Below, piece after piece: positions 58,069 to 64,000 of a stretch of DNA of 64,000 nt (within the stretch, counting starts at the first letter, position 1; each line of letters starts with the position of its first letter). The stretch is from a virus. A program made the position numbers and the translations under genes. The stretch is taken from IMG/VR virus record IMGVR_UViG_3300025314_000012. One strand, given 5' to 3'. The notes under the pieces were generated by a model, which saw only the letters and a program-made list of their open reading frames with translations, had not been told where the DNA came from and did not search any database.

Positions 58069-58926
58069 ATGACACAAGAATTATCTCGTATAAAATTAGT
58101 AAGACTTGAACAGAAACGATTAGAGTACGTTGGTAAAATATACGGAAGTTGTGAGATAACCGAAATACTTAGGATGCCAGAGTACTACTCTGTAATAATA
58201 AAGTGCCATGAATGCGGCGGTGTGTCAAGACTTGAACTTAATAAATTCCTATCTAATCCAATATGCCCAATAAGCCATAATACCTCAAACACACAAGTAT
58301 CAACTAAGAAAACAAAATTCGTTACGCCAAAAAGATTTAAAAACCTTTCAGGACAAAAAATAGGAAGATTTACCGTGTTAGAACATATAGGTTGGCATAA
58401 ACCACCAAAAGGAAGACCAGTAGCTAAATATAAATGCGTATGCAAATGCGGTGAGCCGTGTGAACTTACGGCATCAGTACTAAAAGCAGGAAGAAAACTA
58501 TGTGATAAGGAATTTCAACAGCACAAAATAGAACAAGGCAAAAGGTCTGCTAAAAAAAGAATAAAGGATAAAATAGAAAACGGTGAATATAAAGAACCAT
58601 CATATAGGGACAGAATAAGCAGAAAACTATCAAAGTTTAGTAGATTGGTATATGACAGGTTCAACGGTGTGTGCCAAAAATGCAAAAACACATTCCCTAA
58701 ACAGAATACAGCATCACACCACATAATACCAATAAACACAAAACCAGAATTAGCACTTACATTATCTAACGGAATACTACTGTGCAAAAACTGTCACGAT
58801 AACTTTCACATGATATACGGAAGGATAGACTTCGACCATCTCCAGATATTTAATTATATAAAATCAACAGAAGTAACTCAGTACGACAGATACAGTAATT
58901 CCTCTGAGAACGAACGATTAGGTTAG
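58069..58926 (+). CDS. HNH homing endonuclease with N-terminal Cys-containing DNA-binding repeats
   Basis: CQKC...SHHIIP...NGILLCKNCHDNFH; NLSGQKIGRFTV...YKCVCKCG. Confidence 0.85.
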   Translation: MTQELSRIKLVRLEQKRLEYVGKIYGSCEITEILRMPEYYSVIIKCHECGGVSRLELNKFLSNPICPISHNTSNTQVSTKKTKFVTPKRFKNLSGQKIGRFTVLEHIGWHKPPKGRPVAKYKCVCKCGEPCELTASVLKAGRKLCDKEFQQHKIEQGKRSAKKRIKDKIENGEYKEPSYRDRISRKLSKFSRLVYDRFNGVCQKCKNTFPKQNTASHHIIPINTKPELALTLSNGILLCKNCHDNFHMIYGRIDFDHLQIFNYIKSTEVTQYDRYSNSSENERLG

Positions 58927-59221
58927 TGTACCCTGCACTATTAATTCACTGAACTACAAACAAATAAGAAACGAAAACTGCGAACCGTACCATCGACTTT
59001 AGTTTCAATTTTCAATTCATATTACAAAATAAAGCAGTTTCACTGTGTTACTATCTTCAGACAAAGAAAGTAGTTTAAATCGCTTGTTTGACGTGTTAGA
59101 ACAGATATTTAAAACTGTGTTGTTTGTGCCGTGTGATTAAAATAAATTCAGATAGCTATTGTTTTATTCAATTATTAGTTGTAGCTTTGTTCTATTATTA
59201 ATCAATTAAAAAGTATATATT

Positions 59222-59479
59222 ATGGAAACAACATTTAACAGACTGACAATAAAGTCTTTATTACTTGATGCAATTACTTATTATAAGTTCAAACAACATT
59301 TAGCCCCTGGTTGGAAACAAGCTAAAACAATGCTTTGTGTTCAGGCAGGTCGAAAACCGACAATTAACAATATTCAATTCATTCGGTTACTTGGATTAAT
59401 ATATCAAGACAACGGTCTTTGTGCTGAATTTGACGAAATAATCGCAAAGAACGGTTTATCCAAGGTAGTTTATAATTAG
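59222..59479 (+). CDS. hypothetical protein
   Basis: After the -7 box at 59182-59189. Confidence 0.6.
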   Translation: METTFNRLTIKSLLLDAITYYKFKQHLAPGWKQAKTMLCVQAGRKPTINNIQFIRLLGLIYQDNGLCAEFDEIIAKNGLSKVVYN

Positions 59480-59667
59480 TTTACCTGGTTCACGGTTCAG
59501 CCTTAAACCGTGTTAATTTATCTATTAATCAATTAAATATTTATCATTATGAAAACAAAAGTTAATACAGTTATTTCAACAATTATCGTGGCAGTTGTGT
59601 CGGGTTGGTTCTTAGCCGTGTGTCTGATTATATCCATCTCATAAAGCAATTTCACACTGATTGATTT

Positions 59668-59694
59668 AAAGCCCGTTTAACGACGGGCTTTTTT
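59668..59694 (+). terminator. intrinsic terminator
   Basis: AAAGCCCGT-TTAACG-ACGGGCTTT followed by a T run. Confidence 0.75.
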
Positions 59695-59926
59695 ATGCTT
59701 ATAACTGCACACATTCAAAAAGATAGTTGATTTAAAACAATGTGGTGAAGTCTGGGAAAGCATTATTTATCAGTGTTCAGTCAAAGAGTACATTTCTGTT
59801 TATCATAATAGCAATTATAAGACACGCAATTATTGAAACTACCGATTTTATTGAGTAATTATATATATTTTTAGAGAAAAGAAAAGTTTTTTAATTAAAT
59901 GTACTTTAAGCACGTTAATTTTTAGT

Positions 59927-60493
59927 TTAATTTACTACTTCAGCTATTTTGTAGAACGCACCATTTTTATATTGTATTTGTATAGTATTCCCTTGTTCGT
60001 CTTTATAGATATTTTTATCCACACGCGAATAATTAGTAATATCAATAATTGATTCCTTGTGTTCGGGTAGTTTTATTGGCTTGTGTTCTTTGTGTATTCC
60101 GTATTCTTTTAGTCTTTTAATTATAGCCTGTCTTGTTACGTCATATTTATCTGCTATTTCTGTAATGGTTTTATTATTCATGTACATATTAGTTATTTCG
60201 TCATAGTGTAAAGTAAGGGTTTTAATATATTCAATCACACGCGCCGGGTCTATGTAAAACCATTCACCGCGTTTATGATGAGGTTTAAAATGTTTGTGGC
60301 ATAGTTTTTCTATTTGTCTTGCATTCATTAATGGCATTGTTTGATGTTTAATAACTAATTCACACCCCGCACCCGTTTCTAATTCTATTAATCTTGTTTC
60401 GGGGTTCTGGCTTATTCCTATTTTGGTTATATCATACTCTTTGTTGTATATAACATAAACACACTGATTAACTGGTAATACTCTTTTATTCAT
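59927..60493 (-). CDS. GIY-YIG (T5orf172/MUG113-like) nuclease domain fused to an HTH
   Basis: VYVI...KIGISQNPETRL.EL.TG...IEKLCHKHF...RGEWF, then TITEIADKYDVTRQAI; start moved to MNKRV because a -7 box lies at 60518-60525. Confidence 0.75.
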   Translation of the reverse strand: MNKRVLPVNQCVYVIYNKEYDITKIGISQNPETRLIELETGAGCELVIKHQTMPLMNARQIEKLCHKHFKPHHKRGEWFYIDPARVIEYIKTLTLHYDEITNMYMNNKTITEIADKYDVTRQAIIKRLKEYGIHKEHKPIKLPEHKESIIDITNYSRVDKNIYKDEQGNTIQIQYKNGAFYKIAEVVN

Positions 60494-60622
60494 AATTATT
60501 ATATTAGTGTAACCATGCAAAGTTACATTATAATATTTTTTACAAAATAATTTTGTTTTGTTTGTTTATGTTGTTTATAGTATTTATATTTGTCTATTAT
60601 TAATCACAAAAATTAAAATATT

Positions 60623-60943
60623 ATGAAAACTGTTGATATTAGAGTAAGGCTGTATTCTTTCAGTGAGTTGGTAGAACACGCAAAAGAACGGGCAATAAAT
60701 GAACATAGAAATTTTTTACTATCCGTTGAATCTGTTGATAATTTTGAGTATCCAGAAGATTATGAAATGACAATGCGTTATTATGAGGATAACGATGAAC
60801 CTATAATTGAAAACATTGAAGCCAATGAATATCTATATTTTGATTCCGGTGAATTGGCTAACTGTATTACATACACAGGCACACATCCAAAGTCGGGTAA
60901 AACCGAGTTTATTTATAAAGGCGTTTATTATTTGCTTGATTAA
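60623..60943 (+). CDS. hypothetical early protein
   Basis: LYSFSELVEHAKERAI pattern; -7 box at 60585-60592; terminator at 60967-60997. Confidence 0.65.
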   Translation: MKTVDIRVRLYSFSELVEHAKERAINEHRNFLLSVESVDNFEYPEDYEMTMRYYEDNDEPIIENIEANEYLYFDSGELANCITYTGTHPKSGKTEFIYKGVYYLLD

Positions 60944-60966
60944 TAATTTGCTTTTTTCATTGTTTT

Positions 60967-60997
60967 AAAGCTATCCAATTTTGGGTAGCTTTTTTTA
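60967..60997 (+). terminator. intrinsic terminator
   Basis: AAAGCTATCC-AATTTT-GGGTAGCTTT followed by a T run. Confidence 0.7.
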
Positions 60998-61298
60998 TTT
61001 CTGGTATATTTACACTGCCCAGGGTAGATAATAGTCACACGGGCATAAAAACCGTATCACACGGCAAAATACAAAAGTAGATGAGGGCTTAAAAACCGTA
61101 TCAATTTAACCGTGTTTAAATGTGGTGATTTTCATTACTATAAACATAGTAGGACTATTATTTATATAGTAAAAAGTTGGTGGTTTTATAAAAATGTTGT
61201 ACAACATGAAAAATAATTATAAAAATGCTTGCACGTATCACACAAATGCGTTATTTTTACTTCATCAATAAGATACAAAACAAATAAAAATTACTACA

Positions 61299-61493
61299 AT
61301 GAAAAATTCAAAAGTATTCTCAGCAAGTGTAAACGGAACTTTCACTCAAATTAAAGCTTACAAAAAAGTAAATGCAGTTGCAAGATTTCAACAATTAGAT
61401 GCAACAATTAAAGCAAGTGATGTGAAAGTAATAAACGCTCAAAATTCGCATCAGGCATGTGTTGAAGATTTATATCCTGAAATTTGCAAATAA
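61299..61493 (+). CDS. hypothetical early protein
   Basis: 64-aa ORF with an AT-rich start context. Confidence 0.55.
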   Translation: MKNSKVFSASVNGTFTQIKAYKKVNAVARFQQLDATIKASDVKVINAQNSHQACVEDLYPEICK

Positions 61494-61666
61494 AATGAAC
61501 ACACAAGATTTAATTAACTGGGGGGGGGAGCTTTCAAGGCTCCTTATTGGGCGACATATTCACAAAAAAAAAAAAAACAAGTTGTAAAATATAAAAGTTG
61601 GGAAGACTATATGAGCTATCCAGTTAACCAAATATTAAACAAAATAGAACTTTAATAATTACTACA

Positions 61667-61885
61667 ATGAAAATTTTAAAAACAACAATCGAAAAATGTT
61701 ACGAATCTGGAACTAACATTTACACTGCAAAAAAAGAAGCTAACAAGTTTGGAAATTGGATAACTGTAACTTATGCAACTCGTTATTTTAAAGATGGTGT
61801 TTGCACTGCTGTTTCTACCGAAAAGGAAGCCACATTTGAAGGTAGTACGCAAGAAGATATTGTAAACTATTTCTGCAATAAATAA
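61667..61885 (+). CDS. hypothetical early protein
   Basis: Shares a 17-nt start context with 61299. Confidence 0.55.
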   Translation: MKILKTTIEKCYESGTNIYTAKKEANKFGNWITVTYATRYFKDGVCTAVSTEKEATFEGSTQEDIVNYFCNK

Positions 61886-62084
61886 TGAGCGCACACCACT
61901 GCCGTTCATTTGAAATACTGCCGTTGCCTGTTTTTATTTTTTTAGGGTGGGGTTTTCTCTATTCTTATTTAGAATAGAAATAAATTAGTAATATTTTGAA
62001 AATAATTAAAAAAAACATTTGCACAGGTGAAAAATAAAACAGATATTTGAACAGAATTTAAAACCATTTAAAAAGTAAATTATT

Positions 62085-62483
62085 ATGAAAACAACAGATT
62101 TTACAAGAAAAGCAATTAGTTCTATTATTGAACACGCAAACGATTTTTTAACAGACGGTCGTTGCGTTGATGTTTGTGGTTGTGATTTACACAACAAAAT
62201 TTTCAATGAAGATTATTTTATCATTTATCATTCACGCGCGATTGAATGGTTAAAGAATAATGATGTTGATACTTTCGATGCGATTGAAACCGTATTCGAT
62301 TATGAAAAAGATAATTTTGGAGAAGTAACAACCGAAGTTAATCCTGAAAAAATTGTCAATATGTATGTCTATATTTTGGGCGAAGTTGTTTTGAGTGAAT
62401 CTGAACACCTACAAAAAAAGTGGGATGTTCGCTTGACTGAAAAAGACTGCAAAAAAATTGCAAAAGAATTAAGTAAAATTTAG
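62085..62483 (+). CDS. acidic early protein, possibly an Ocr-like DNA mimic
   Basis: DLHNKIFNEDYFIIYH..AIEWL...FDAIE.V.DYE..NFGE...PEKIVNMYVYILGE; resemblance to T7 0.3 is by eye only. Confidence 0.35.
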   Translation: MKTTDFTRKAISSIIEHANDFLTDGRCVDVCGCDLHNKIFNEDYFIIYHSRAIEWLKNNDVDTFDAIETVFDYEKDNFGEVTTEVNPEKIVNMYVYILGEVVLSESEHLQKKWDVRLTEKDCKKIAKELSKI

Positions 62484-62680
62484 TAACCGGTTAAATACAT
62501 TATTATGACAACAAAAAAAGATTTTATTCAGGCTGCAAAAGTTGTAGCAGAATTACAGGATAGAGAAGAGGCAAAGAAAGTAGCAAAACATTTTGCTGAT
62601 ATGTTTTACGGACAAAACAACCGTTTTGATTATAACAGGTTTTATTCTGCGTGTAATGTTAACATGATAAAACTATAACC

Positions 62681-62944
62681 ATGAAAACATTTGCATTAAA
62701 AGGCGTTCAGCCATTAAAAAACTGTGTTAACATTCCAATATTTTGGACAATGACAAACGGTATGATGGCACACTCCATAGAACAGGAAATAAGGCTTCAA
62801 AACTTTCAGGTGGGTAAATACTCAACCGAAGTAGAAAAGTTCTTAAAAACGCTCTTAAACGATTCAGAGGGGCAGTTTATCGACCCGTGTTTGAATTGTG
62901 ATGATTGTATTGTGTTGGCATTTGGAATAACAGATAAGAATTAA
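62681..62944 (+). CDS. hypothetical early protein
   Basis: 87-aa ORF. Confidence 0.55.
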   Translation: MKTFALKGVQPLKNCVNIPIFWTMTNGMMAHSIEQEIRLQNFQVGKYSTEVEKFLKTLLNDSEGQFIDPCLNCDDCIVLAFGITDKN

Positions 62945-62948
62945 TAAA

Positions 62949-63170
62949 ATGAATTTATCAGAAATAAAACAAGCGGTTAAGGAAGGAAAAACGGTTCATT
63001 GGTCAAACGAATTATATCAAGTAATTAATTCGAATGATAATTGGTTAATTTGGTGTAAACAAAACGACCATTGCATCGGGTTAACGTGGCTTGACGGTGT
63101 GACAATGAACGGAAAAGAGGAGGACTTTTATATTAAAAATAAACAAAGTGAAAACAGCAAAACAGCTTAA
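62949..63170 (+). CDS. hypothetical early protein
   Basis: MNLSEIKQAV..GKTVHWSNE.YQV pattern recurrent in phage early regions. Confidence 0.6.
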   Translation: MNLSEIKQAVKEGKTVHWSNELYQVINSNDNWLIWCKQNDHCIGLTWLDGVTMNGKEEDFYIKNKQSENSKTA

Positions 63171-63308
63171 GAAAGAAGCCAAAAAAATCTTTGATGAAGA
63201 AAAAGACGCCTTGGGAATAACCGACTTCAATCATTTTTGGATAGGCTATTTAGAAACGAAATTCGATAATTTGGTGTGGGACATTGAAAACAAATTAAAA
63301 ATTAAATT

Positions 63309-63491
63309 ATGAGAAAGTTGTTATTAATGTTAACGTGCGTGTTTTTGTATGTCGGTGTAATTTGTATTGCACACGGCGCAAACGATGCATTATCGGGATT
63401 ATTTTTAGTGCTGGCAATGTTCAGCACTATTATTTATTTTGTGTTAAACGAAAAGAGACACAACGATAAAAGCGGCAGCAAACAGCAATAA
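63309..63491 (+). CDS. small two-TM membrane protein
   Basis: Two hydrophobic helices with a basic tail. Confidence 0.55.
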   Translation: MRKLLLMLTCVFLYVGVICIAHGANDALSGLFLVLAMFSTIIYFVLNEKRHNDKSGSKQQ

Positions 63492-63604
63492 ATGCCGATT
63501 TATAGCCATTGTTTTGTGTGAATGGTATAAAGTACCGCACACGGGCAGAAAGTGGTGAGAAACGAATATAAAACGTATTACAAACAATTTAAAACATTAT
63601 TATT

Positions 63605-63928
63605 ATGAACACCAAAAAAGACAGATTAAAATTTGTAAAAGAAGCAACAGACATTTGCTTTGAACAGGGAGTTTTGAGAAAGGTAAAATCACACCATGAA
63701 AATTGGACTACATTTGAAAATGCAGACCTCGTTGTGAACATACCCGATGAAACAGATCAAAAATATGTGTTTAGCGTATTCACAAGGCAAAAGAATATGC
63801 CGTTTAAACTTGGCAACAAGTATTCGGGTAAACACAATTTTATGTCGTGTGATAGAGTGTTGGAAGCAGCAGCCGATTTTGAGGACTTTATTAAAGATGA
63901 GTTGAAGTGTTTAACCATTAAGAATTGA
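63605..63928 (+). CDS. hypothetical early protein
   Basis: 107-aa ORF with a TTATTATG start context. Confidence 0.6.
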   Translation: MNTKKDRLKFVKEATDICFEQGVLRKVKSHHENWTTFENADLVVNIPDETDQKYVFSVFTRQKNMPFKLGNKYSGKHNFMSCDRVLEAAADFEDFIKDELKCLTIKN

Positions 63929-64000
63929 AACTATGAAAAAGTATTATATTTTAAAACGAAACAGCGAAAGTCTTTTAAATTCATATTTGGCAGACGTTCC

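Noticed and set aside
1-64000. Stop-codon reassignment as in some crAss-like phages
   Set aside because: Long ORFs are intact in the standard code, and TAG/TGA stops fall at gene junctions (e.g. ATGA overlaps; TAG 53729 at a cassette end).
47400-64000. Integrase or repressor lysogeny module
   Set aside because: No tyrosine or serine recombinase or CI-like ORF recognised; lifestyle cannot be assigned from this window.

Overview
The window is most or all of a tailed-phage genome infecting a Bacteroidota host. The evidence is about 18 host-type TAnnTTTG promoter boxes, Bacteroidota-type signal peptides, and FISUMP and LamG domains. It has two divergent arms. The minus-strand arm (~47.2 kb to 0.9 kb) carries a helicase, an SSB-like protein, three GroES-like genes, an intein-containing large terminase, portal, scaffold and major capsid, three ring/adaptor-like proteins, a nozzle, a GNAT-like protein, three ejection-type proteins (up to 2508 aa), tail/adhesin proteins, a glucosaminidase endolysin and a holin. 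This is a podovirus gene order resembling crAss-like phages. The plus-strand arm (47.4-64 kb, apparently continuing at 1-0.9 kb) carries many small early genes, a DNA methyltransferase, a GT2 glycosyltransferase, a sugar-type O-methyltransferase and homing-type nucleases. I saw no DNA polymerase, primase, integrase, virion RNA polymerase, tRNA or CRISPR array. Main discoveries: (1) three clusters of integron attC-like sites with six cassette-matched core/inverse-core pairs; in four cases the ORF starts inside the hairpin loop and crosses the core site in frame, which would allow protein-module shuffling; (2) a three-gene, four-domain GroES cluster; (3) a methyltransferase cut just before its DPPY motif by a nuclease insertion that supplies a replacement 5' end; (4) virion-module proteins with Sec signal peptides; (5) two homologous stand-alone small RNA units; (6) a circularly permuted FISUMP domain. 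All family calls come from motif recognition by eye, not database searches.
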